Source of the DNA: an uncultured Ruminococcus sp.
GTDB lineage: Bacteria > Bacillota > Clostridia > Oscillospirales > Acutalibacteraceae
DNA: 64,000 nt
Direction: 5' to 3'
Assembly (NCBI GenBank): GCA_902802985.1
Contig: CADCOE010000045.1
Coordinates: 7,051 to 71,050 of the forward strand
Part shown: positions 55,287-63,126 of the stretch, one piece after another
Layout: the number at the start of each line of letters is the position of its first letter
How positions within the stretch are numbered: position 1 is the stretch's first letter
Translations under genes and position numbers: made by a program
The notes under the pieces: generated by a model
The model's database searches: none
Seen by the model: only the letters and a program-made list of their open reading frames with translations
Told to the model about the DNA's origin: nothing

Positions 55287-57938
55287 TTATCGAATTAGCC
55301 CATATTTTTGTTTTATTCTTTCCAATTTAACAATCATTGGCTCAGCCCCTATATACAAAAAAAGTGCCGTAGATACAGCGTGTACCGTATCCATTGGCAA
55401 GCCGTAAGCATAAACTGTCAGCAAACTTTCAGAAGTTAACGGCGTGCCTGTCAAAATTAATGTAGAAGGGTTCATCACTGCTCCATACAGGAAGGAACAC
55501 ATAAAACCATATGCCGACATCATCATTTTATTAGGTGGCAGAAGCCCCCGTTCAAAAACAAGTCCCGACAAAAATCCTATCAGCCCCATAGTAAACATCT
55601 GCCACGGAGTCCACGCTCCCTGACCGAAAAATAAATTAGAAGCAAGCATCGTGACCGAACCTATCAAAAAACCTGTTTCGCTGCCGAGTGCCGCTCCTGC
55701 AATGATCACTAGTGCCGTGACCGGTTTGAACTGTGGCAGCATATAAAATACTGCTCTGCCCGCCACACAAACAGAACACATCACAGCAACCAATACTAAC
55801 TCTCTGGCGTGTATTTGACGCTTTTCAAAAATAATATAAAACGGAAAAATACTCTCAAGCATTACTACAAGAGATATAAAAAGATATTTTGTATTGTCAA
55901 AAAAAATAATCCCTGCCATAACAGTCAAGGGTACTATAACAATCATCACAAACAGTGTGATCAGTGTATAGTAAAAAGAACGCTTGGATCTGGCAATTTT
56001 GATACTGCGGCTGCTATTACCCAGTACTGCTATCGTTCCTCCTGCCGAACCAAACATCAAAAAATAAGAAAATATAGTATTTCCAGACAAAAGGGGGATT
56101 TCCATTGTTCCAAGTGCAGCAAATACCGAACATACAAAAACAACGGTCAGTAAAAAAGCAGTACTCCATTTCCAAAAGCGATGCTGTTTTTTCTGACAGC
56201 TTTTTTCGATATGCTTTTTTGTTCGATCAGTATTTTGTGAGAAAGGCAGCTCAACGGGCGGTTCCCACTTTTTATATTTTATTCCCAGTGCGTACAAAAC
56301 ATCATACTCCGTTACTGCTTTGTCAATGATTTCACCTGCCATCCGACTGCATTGAGTAGTATATATTCTGTTGTCGGAAAAAAAATTTCGTGGACTGTCC
56401 TCGCCCACAATATCACCATTAAACAAAAAAGCACATCGATCAGCATATTGTGCACAAAATTCCATATCGTGACTCACCATTATCAATGCAGCTCCCTCTT
56501 TCGCAAGTTGACGAAGAATGGCAGCAAAATGTTTTTTATAATGAGCATCCAATCCCTTTGTCGGTTCATCCAGCAGCAAAATATCAGGCTCTGTCAGCAA
56601 TAGCTTAGCCAGTGCCGCTTTCTGTTGTTCTCCTCCCGACAAATCATACGGATGTCTGTCAAGTAGTTCTCCAATACCACACAAATTAACAACGCTGTTT
56701 ATTTTTTCGATCATTTCATTGGAGGATACTTTGGTATTTTCCAATACCTCAAATAAATCTTTTTCCACCGTATCCTTCACAAAAAGTAAAGAAGGATTTT
56801 GAGGCAGCATCACTGTTTTAACATCAGACGGAATACTGCTGACCCATTTTCCATCCAACATCATTTTCCCTCTATACGGCTTATTCATACCACAAATCAA
56901 TGAAAATAAAGTTGTTTTTCCTGCACCGTTGCCGCCGATGACAGCCAGAAGTTCACCGCTGTAGGCTTTCAGCGACAGTCCTTTTATGACATCATCCATC
57001 TCTCGATGGTATCGAAAATATACATTGTCAAGCATCAATTTTGGAGGAAATGAATGCCGGCTTACTTCATTCTTCGGCAGCTTTTGCAGCGGTCGGCTTT
57101 GCGACAGTTTTTTTAACCATACTTTACCCTCCGCTACTGAAAGAGGAACGTTGCTATTGTCAACATTATCGATATTCGCATATTCATATATTCTGGCAGG
57201 TGACGGCACTGCGTCAAACATTTCATTTTTTTGCTGGTAAAGATAATGGCAAATTTCACGTGGGGTATTGTCTGACACAATTTTTCCGTCCGACATCACA
57301 ATGATACGGTCGCATATCGGAAAGATTTCTCCAAGGCTATGTTCTGTCATAATAACAGTGGTGCCAAGCTCACGATTAATTTTCATCAGCATTGCAATAA
57401 AGTTCTCCGATGCAATCGGGTCAAGCTGTGATGTTGGTTCGTCGAGTATCAAAACAGATGGCCGCATTACCATAACGGAGCCAAGGTTCAATAACTGCTT
57501 CTGTCCTCCCGAAAGTTCGTCTACACTCTTTTCATACCATTTTTCTATTCCAAAAAAAGCCGCCAATTCTGCGGTACGTTGTCTGATCGTCACATTGTCA
57601 AGACCCAAACTTTCTAATCCGAACGCCAACTCGTGCCATACCTTATCCGTAACGGATTGATTATCCGGTGATTGTGTTACAAATCCGATTTTTTGCGATT
57701 GCGTCCTAAAATCAACCGTCTCAAGCGGTTTACCCTCAAATAAAATACTGCCGCTCTGCTCTCCATATGGTGTCATACAGCTTTTAAGCTGCCTCAGAAG
57801 AGTACTTTTTCCGCTGCCCGATAAACCGCATATCACCAGAAATTCTCCTTGGCTGACAGAAAAAGAAATATCTGTCAGCGTTTTCATTTGGGCTTCATTA
57901 TATGTAAACGTCAGTTGATCAATTTGAAACTGTTCCAT
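55287..57938 (-). CDS. fused ECF-transporter ATPase-ATPase-membrane (S-component-like) protein, 883 aa
   Basis: It has two ABC cassettes (GLSGSGKST / LSGGQKQ / ILDEPTSQLD, and GGNGAGKTT / LSGGEQQ / LLDEPTKGLD). These are followed by ~300 aa with 9-10 hydrophobic segments, including GQGAWTPWQMF. The start was set at ATG 57938 (RBS agggga) because the track start is a GTG. Confidence 0.8.
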   Translation of the reverse strand: MEQFQIDQLTFTYNEAQMKTLTDISFSVSQGEFLVICGLSGSGKSTLLRQLKSCMTPYGEQSGSILFEGKPLETVDFRTQSQKIGFVTQSPDNQSVTDKVWHELAFGLESLGLDNVTIRQRTAELAAFFGIEKWYEKSVDELSGGQKQLLNLGSVMVMRPSVLILDEPTSQLDPIASENFIAMLMKINRELGTTVIMTEHSLGEIFPICDRIIVMSDGKIVSDNTPREICHYLYQQKNEMFDAVPSPARIYEYANIDNVDNSNVPLSVAEGKVWLKKLSQSRPLQKLPKNEVSRHSFPPKLMLDNVYFRYHREMDDVIKGLSLKAYSGELLAVIGGNGAGKTTLFSLICGMNKPYRGKMMLDGKWVSSIPSDVKTVMLPQNPSLLFVKDTVEKDLFEVLENTKVSSNEMIEKINSVVNLCGIGELLDRHPYDLSGGEQQKAALAKLLLTEPDILLLDEPTKGLDAHYKKHFAAILRQLAKEGAALIMVSHDMEFCAQYADRCAFLFNGDIVGEDSPRNFFSDNRIYTTQCSRMAGEIIDKAVTEYDVLYALGIKYKKWEPPVELPFSQNTDRTKKHIEKSCQKKQHRFWKWSTAFLLTVVFVCSVFAALGTMEIPLLSGNTIFSYFLMFGSAGGTIAVLGNSSRSIKIARSKRSFYYTLITLFVMIVIVPLTVMAGIIFFDNTKYLFISLVVMLESIFPFYIIFEKRQIHARELVLVAVMCSVCVAGRAVFYMLPQFKPVTALVIIAGAALGSETGFLIGSVTMLASNLFFGQGAWTPWQMFTMGLIGFLSGLVFERGLLPPNKMMMSAYGFMCSFLYGAVMNPSTLILTGTPLTSESLLTVYAYGLPMDTVHAVSTALFLYIGAEPMIVKLERIKQKYGLIR

Positions 57939-58849
57939 TTTCTGTCCCCTATCTTGTCTGTTATCAGCGGCACAAAACACAACACCGTATAAAAAGTATA
58001 CATCACTGCCTCGGGTATTTCCATATGGATCGTGCTGATGACAGGATAATAGTCAAAATCAGCAAAACCATATGACCACAAAATACCTATTGCTGTATCC
58101 CACAACAGGACTAATGTCAGCAACGCTCCGTCACGCTTTTCAAAGCGAAACAGCGAATAGGAGGTTCTATGCGGCAACCCGTATCCACGACTTTTGAGAG
58201 AATCGGCAGTATCTATTGCATTTTCCATCGCCCACTGCAGTACTGCCGAAAAAATTCTGACCGCGTGAGAGATACGCTTTATCAAATTACCATCCGTGAT
58301 GTCCCGTCCCATACAATGCCTTGCCATCCTGATTTGCCGAAACTGAAATGATAATTTCGGAATAAAACGCATTATCATTGAAATCAACAAACCAAGCTTA
58401 GGAGCTGCCTTACCAAATAAATAAATCACTCTGTCTGACGTTATAATGCAGTGCATTGACATACACCAAAGTATAACGGCTGAAAACATCAACGCTGATA
58501 CTATACCAAATACCATTGACTCCATTGTAAGAGGATTTCCATCGGGAAGATAGGTCAATATGGTAACGCCTGCGTGGTTAAACATCGGATTGAGCAGACT
58601 GACAGCCGCAAACATTGGAACCATATAGATTAATATTATATGTAGGGTCTTTGATCTTCCAATATGGACAGCATACAGCAGGGCCGACAAAAAAGAGATG
58701 GAAGTTAAGATTGGCTGTCTGAAAAACATTGCACCAGTCAATACAGACAAATAACAAACAAACTGTACAATCGGATGATATTCGGCAAATGTGCTTTTTC
58801 TACCTTTTGCCTTTATATTGTTCTCCTTGTTAACCATTATCGCCCACAT
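57911..58849 (-). CDS. ecfT: ECF transporter transmembrane (T) component, CbiQ/EcfT family
   Basis: 312 aa and multi-TM, with the coupling-helix motifs IRMARHCMGRD and SLKSRGYG. The start could alternatively be ATG 58837. Confidence 0.8.
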   Translation of the reverse strand: MWAIMVNKENNIKAKGRKSTFAEYHPIVQFVCYLSVLTGAMFFRQPILTSISFLSALLYAVHIGRSKTLHIILIYMVPMFAAVSLLNPMFNHAGVTILTYLPDGNPLTMESMVFGIVSALMFSAVILWCMSMHCIITSDRVIYLFGKAAPKLGLLISMIMRFIPKLSFQFRQIRMARHCMGRDITDGNLIKRISHAVRIFSAVLQWAMENAIDTADSLKSRGYGLPHRTSYSLFRFEKRDGALLTLVLLWDTAIGILWSYGFADFDYYPVISTIHMEIPEAVMYTFYTVLCFVPLITDKIGDRKWNSFKLIN

Positions 58850-59711
58850 CCTTACCTAAATTGCAGGTGTAATGCCACTCGATCCGATCACCGTCTTTCA
58901 GCTTATACTCCGAACAGCCGTAACTTGGAAATATTCCATTGACACTATATACCCAACCTGAGGCACTGCCGCAGTCAAATTGGTACAAATTAAAAATTCC
59001 TTCCACATATGCCGTATTGTAAACGGGAGTAATCGAAAATTCAAAAGGAATACGCTGTTCCATACATACCCTTTTTGTTATATCGAACACACTCTCTCCC
59101 TCTTCAAACTTTACTGATGTTCCTTGTAGAATAATTCCGTCTGAAGGCAAAACCGCTTTCACCGATGCTGATAAACTGCTGTTATTCACGGCGGTGGTAC
59201 AAAAAACAGATAGTGTACAGCAGTTTTCAGGGATTTCTTCCGACGGGGAAGAGATTGTAGGAGCACTGCTTTGCACAGGTATTTCCGATCTTTCCAAAAA
59301 ATCACTTTCCGTACCAACTATCGGTAATTCTTCGGTTGAAAATTCATCAGGGTACAGTTCAAGTTGACTGACATCCTCTTTTTGAGTTTCTGCTGCCCGA
59401 CTCGGCTTACTTGTCTCACTTTCCGTATATACTGACAAGGAGGACTCTGCTAATGACGCAGGGTTAGTGATCTCGGACACTGAAACGAATTCTTCGATTG
59501 ATGAAGCAATGTCGGAAGAAACATTCGGGTGGATTGATGGCTCAACAGATGGAGAAGGAATGATGGTCGTTTCTGATACAGCGGATATTGCTTTTTGATC
59601 GTCAAACACATCGTTGACAGGTTGTTCCGAAAAGAAAAAGGCAACCGAAAGTACCCCTGTAACAATAGCAGCAATAATAATGGATTTATGATGTTGTTTC
59701 AGCCAATTCAT
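58830..59711 (-). CDS. membrane-anchored DUF4430-domain protein (N-terminal TM, Ser/Pro/Glu-rich linker, C-terminal DUF4430), 293 aa
   Basis: It has the TM segment IIIAAIVTGVLSVAFFF. The C-terminal SGWVYSVNG...YKLKDGDRIEWHY signature matches DUF4430, the transcobalamin beta-domain-like family. The start was set at ATG 59711, 9 nt after AAGGAG. Confidence 0.75.
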   Translation of the reverse strand: MNWLKQHHKSIIIAAIVTGVLSVAFFFSEQPVNDVFDDQKAISAVSETTIIPSPSVEPSIHPNVSSDIASSIEEFVSVSEITNPASLAESSLSVYTESETSKPSRAAETQKEDVSQLELYPDEFSTEELPIVGTESDFLERSEIPVQSSAPTISSPSEEIPENCCTLSVFCTTAVNNSSLSASVKAVLPSDGIILQGTSVKFEEGESVFDITKRVCMEQRIPFEFSITPVYNTAYVEGIFNLYQFDCGSASGWVYSVNGIFPSYGCSEYKLKDGDRIEWHYTCNLGKDVGDNG

Positions 59712-59790
59712 TTTGATAAACTCCTTGAAAGTATAATGGCAAAATACCAAGCAATACAAAAATATCCTTTATACATTCTCTGTTCGTCAG

Positions 59791-59822
59791 CAAAGGCTGC
59801 TCCGTTAAAGGAACAGCCTTTG
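59791..59822 (-). other. strong intra-operon hairpin without a U-tract, directly after the surface-protein gene
   Basis: A CAAAGGCTG(C)TCC / GGA(A)CAGCCTTTG stem 6 nt downstream of the stop at 59828. No T run follows on the minus strand. Confidence 0.6.
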
Positions 59823-59827
59823 AACAA

Positions 59828-61963
59828 TCAGTTATCGGTGATCGTCTTCAGCAGATAATCTTTTTTCAAAATACCAAAAATAACTACTGAAAGTGTCAGT
59901 ACCGACAGAGCAATCCACACAGAACTGCCGGCATCACCTGTGTTAACGGCATTGGCCTGTGCAGCCTCTGTCGATGATGATGCTGACGAAACCGAGGCAT
60001 CGGATCGGGAAGAAACGGACGAAGAGGAAGTTACAGAGGAAGTTTTATTTTCCGTTTTGCTCTCTGTCTTGGTGCTTTCTTCCTTCGATGTGGCAAAGAT
60101 AACATCCGTCATATCATAAAGTGCGGTCTGCTTGTTGACAGTACGTGTATAGGCTGCCATAGCAAGATAGGACTGAATAGTGGCATAGACATTAGAATCA
60201 CCGCCCATTGTGTGGGAGAAGGTTTCATCGTCTTTCAGGAACGAAAGTAATCCTGAAAATACCGTACTGCCTGTCAAATAACTGCCTCCGCCCTTGACAA
60301 AACGTGAGTCAGTATCAATATCAATTCCAAGTGCTTGCAGCGCAATCATCACTTGTGATGTACTTTCTGCATTGAGAGTACCGTCAAAAGAGGGATATGA
60401 ACCATTGGAATACTGTGCATTTGAAAGAAATTCAAGTGCTTTTTCGATTGCCCCGTGAACGTCTGCCTTTACCTCTTCACTACTATCATAAGGTGCCAGT
60501 GCCTGCAGGGCAATAGCGGTCATATCAACATCTGCTGTATCACCTGTCAGCGCCCATCCGCCATCTGCTGTTTGTGCTTCAAGAATATGAAGTACATATT
60601 TTTCCTTGACTGTTGTATCAGCAGCATAGTTGTGACTTTGGAGTGCAAGCAATGAATACAGTACACCATTGATTCCCTGCTTGCTGACATACTCATAATC
60701 CATCAACGGCTTTGTCAAATCGTAGCCGTCAATATCGACCGGATCAATGCCTGCTGCGGTCAATGCGAGAACATACTTGGCATTTTCTGTTGCCATTTTA
60801 TCATTTAGAACATTGCTGCCCTTTTCCTTCACATATTTTTTTACACTTTCCAGATACTTTGCCTTGGCATCCTCTGAAAGCTGACCACATCTGGCACGAA
60901 TTATCAATTTCCATTCATCGCCTGCCTCATAAGGCTCGGGATAGATCTTGTCCAACATTTCTACCAATTTGTCATAATCAACCGAAACGGTAAACAAATC
61001 TTTTTCTGCTTTGACAAGAACATCATAGTTGCTGACCTTTTCTTTTTGTGCATCCGTCAACTTGTCATATTCCTGCCTTGCCCTATACACTTCAAAATAA
61101 GTGGGACTTTCAACATTGATAACGTTGATCAGACTGATGACACTATTTACTGCTGTGTCCACGACTTCCGTTTCTTTATTAACAGAAATTTGATATACCG
61201 TTTCCTTAATATCCGTTGAAGTAATTCCTGACCAAGCAGCATTGGCAACGCCTACATAAACAATATCTCCCTCCGATACGGTAAAACTCTGACCGTGCTG
61301 TATATCACTTCCCAGTTCGGCAGGAGTATAGTTATTTTTATAGATTTTGGTGCGGAAGTTACGATTGACCGCTTTTGGAACAATGCTGATTTCGGTGTTT
61401 TCTGCGGGAACAGTTAATTTGTAAGTAGTATTGCTGCCGGAAAACGCCGGTAAAAGTGTTCCTCCGCTAACAATCAGGTCAAGCAGTGAAGTATCTGTTC
61501 CTGCCCAATCATAATTCAGATCGCTGCCCCAACTGAGCGAATACTCAAAACTGATAACATCGCCGTCACGAAGCTTTCCGGAACTGACAGTAAACGATGA
61601 AAGGGAATCATCAACGATCCAATCATCGATTGCTCCCAGCCAGCCTCCCATACTGCCGCCGTCACTTGCATCCAAACCATTAACAGCACTAATATAGCCT
61701 GTATCGGCACCCGTACACGTATAACCGTTATCCTCGATTGCCTTAACAAGGGCTGTAAACGCATTGGAATTGTTATCAATGTCAACATACTTGTCAAATA
61801 GTACTCCGTCCCATTTGGCTCCCTTTGCTTCTGTAAAGGTATCGTTTCTGACAATCACTCTGACTTTTCCCTTGCCCTCTGCCGCAGATACATAAAACGG
61901 CAGCATAGAAAACAACAAGGCACTTCCTGTGAGTACAGACAAAAACTTCATTGATTTTTTCAT
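59828..61963 (-). CDS. cell-wall-anchored multidomain protein: signal peptide, DUF4430, cadherin-like beta-sandwich, prenyltransferase/terpene-cyclase-like alpha/alpha toroid, Ser/Thr stalk, sortase-type sorting signal, 711 aa
   Basis: It has a signal peptide ending VSAAEG and a DUF4430-like GGWLGAI...KLRDGDVISFEY. It has LIVSGGTLLPAFSGSNTTYKLTVP, and the QxxDGGW-type repeats LEAQTADGGWAL and SNAQYSNGSYPS. The C-terminus is AVNTGDAGS plus a hydrophobic helix plus KKD. RBS GGAGG lies 8 nt upstream. Confidence 0.8.
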   Translation of the reverse strand: MKKSMKFLSVLTGSALLFSMLPFYVSAAEGKGKVRVIVRNDTFTEAKGAKWDGVLFDKYVDIDNNSNAFTALVKAIEDNGYTCTGADTGYISAVNGLDASDGGSMGGWLGAIDDWIVDDSLSSFTVSSGKLRDGDVISFEYSLSWGSDLNYDWAGTDTSLLDLIVSGGTLLPAFSGSNTTYKLTVPAENTEISIVPKAVNRNFRTKIYKNNYTPAELGSDIQHGQSFTVSEGDIVYVGVANAAWSGITSTDIKETVYQISVNKETEVVDTAVNSVISLINVINVESPTYFEVYRARQEYDKLTDAQKEKVSNYDVLVKAEKDLFTVSVDYDKLVEMLDKIYPEPYEAGDEWKLIIRARCGQLSEDAKAKYLESVKKYVKEKGSNVLNDKMATENAKYVLALTAAGIDPVDIDGYDLTKPLMDYEYVSKQGINGVLYSLLALQSHNYAADTTVKEKYVLHILEAQTADGGWALTGDTADVDMTAIALQALAPYDSSEEVKADVHGAIEKALEFLSNAQYSNGSYPSFDGTLNAESTSQVMIALQALGIDIDTDSRFVKGGGSYLTGSTVFSGLLSFLKDDETFSHTMGGDSNVYATIQSYLAMAAYTRTVNKQTALYDMTDVIFATSKEESTKTESKTENKTSSVTSSSSVSSRSDASVSSASSSTEAAQANAVNTGDAGSSVWIALSVLTLSVVIFGILKKDYLLKTITDN

Positions 61964-62226
61964 TCTTGGTTCCTCCGTTCAGTTTTGTTTTGTTTTCTTG
62001 CTTTTTTCATTCGTTGACGTTTGCGGTATGACTTCTGTTTGGCAGAAACGGCAGGCGGTTCTTTCAGACCTGCTGCTTCCAATGCACGAGGCCACGCACC
62101 GAGTTTTTGCTTGATAAAACAAACGTCAGTCGGTGAAAAATCACTTTTTTTAGGCAAAGCATTTAATTCCCGTGCCTTACTTCTCAAAAGTTCCAGTGCA
62201 ATATTTGTTTTTGCGTCATTTGTCAT
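61960..62226 (-). CDS. small basic protein, 88 aa, with a motif resembling the homing-endonuclease-associated (HNH-repeat-like) helical repeat
   Basis: It contains ELNALPKKSDFSPTDVCFIKQKLGAWPRALEAAGL followed by a Lys/Arg-rich tail (KQKSYRKRQRMKKARKQNKTERR). The start was set at ATG 62226, 9 nt after GGAG. The stop overlaps the next start (ATGA). The track's 32 upstream codons run through the riboswitch terminator. Confidence 0.6.
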   Translation of the reverse strand: MTNDAKTNIALELLRSKARELNALPKKSDFSPTDVCFIKQKLGAWPRALEAAGLKEPPAVSAKQKSYRKRQRMKKARKQNKTERRNQE

Positions 62227-62244
62227 AGCGACAACTCCAATAAA

Positions 62245-62281
62245 TAAAAAAGCTTTCTTTATCTCTAAGAACAAAGAAAGC
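62245..62281 (-). terminator. intrinsic terminator (expression platform of the cobalamin riboswitch)
   Basis: On the minus strand a GCTTTCTTT / AAAGAAAGC stem is followed by TTTTTT. An upstream CAAAGAAGAAG segment could act as an antiterminator. Confidence 0.7.
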
Positions 62282-62387
62282 ACAACTGATTTTAACAGCT
62301 TGATCAAAGCCATATTGTTCAATAATCACAATACAGATGCAAACTGAAAATCGGCTGCACTTCTTCTTTGTCCAAGACTGCAATACC

Positions 62388-62505
62388 ACAAACAGCGGGA
62401 GTATTCCGACTTACGGCAATCACCGATCACGGTAATGACAGTTGTTTCGGATTTGCACCGAATTCCCAATTACGCAGAATCCCTCTCGTCCTGCATCCGC
62501 CGTTC
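62388..62505 (-). promoter_or_regulatory. cobalamin riboswitch aptamer
   Basis: The minus strand contains GGGAAUUCGGUGCAAAUCCG (62448-62467), the conserved GGGAA..GGUG.AAAUCC core. It also contains AGUCGGAAUACUCCCGC (62395-62411), which is B12-box-like. A closing helix AACGGCGG / CCCGCUGUU can be drawn. Confidence 0.75.
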
Positions 62506-62529
62506 GTTTCATATTTAACTGTATCTAAC

Positions 62530-62558
62530 ACTATATCAAAATTCTTAACCAATGTCAA
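62530..62558 (-). promoter_or_regulatory. sigma-A promoter of the cobalamin-riboswitch operon (TTGACA-17 nt-TATAGT)
   Basis: On the minus strand the sequence reads ttgaca ttggttaagaattttga tatagt, about 20 nt upstream of the aptamer. Confidence 0.6.
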
Positions 62559-62691
62559 GATAATAGAAAGATAGATTATATTTTATAAAATATAATTTGA
62601 TAATTTATTTTTTGGTGACAAAGTTACAGAATTTTCTCTTAAAAGCGGTTATAATAAATACATCAAATTTTATGTAAAGGAGATATTCAAA

Positions 62692-63000
62692 ATGGCAGTA
62701 ATAGAAATCACAAAAGATAATTTTAAAGCAGAGGTTCTTCAATCAGACAAACCCGTTCTTCTGGATTTCTGGGCAAGCTGGTGTATGCCCTGCAAAATGC
62801 TTTCCCCTGTGATCGAACAACTTTCCGAAGAAAATAGCAATATCAAATTCGGCAAAATTAATGTGGATGAACAGCCTGAACTGGCACAAAACTTCAATGT
62901 AATGAGTATTCCAATGCTGGTAGCTTTTAAAGACGGAAAAAATATTGATACTAAAGTCGGCGTACAATCAAAAGATACCATTCTTGCTATGTTTAACTGA
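62692..63000 (+). CDS. trxA: thioredoxin with a WCMPC active site
   Basis: 102 aa with LDFWASWCMPCK. RBS aaaggaga. Confidence 0.9.
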   Translation: MAVIEITKDNFKAEVLQSDKPVLLDFWASWCMPCKMLSPVIEQLSEENSNIKFGKINVDEQPELAQNFNVMSIPMLVAFKDGKNIDTKVGVQSKDTILAMFN

Positions 63001-63028
63001 TATTTTATTGCAGCAGCCACTCTCTATT

Positions 63029-63058
63029 CGCTCGGAGGTTTTCCGAGCGTCTTTTTTT
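63029..63058 (+). terminator. intrinsic terminator after trxA
   Basis: A CGCTCGGA / TCCGAGCG stem followed by TCTTTTTTT. Confidence 0.75.
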
Positions 63059-63126
63059 GCAAAAATAAAGGAGAACAAGCCTCTTTAAGCTTATCCTCCT
63101 TGAAAAACATCTTACGGTTCGATCAA

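Noticed and set aside
59990-60085. Apparent repetitiveness in the Ser/Thr-rich stalk of the surface protein
   Set aside because: The low complexity is at the protein level only. I see no exact DNA tandem repeat, and it is not a CRISPR array or VNTR.
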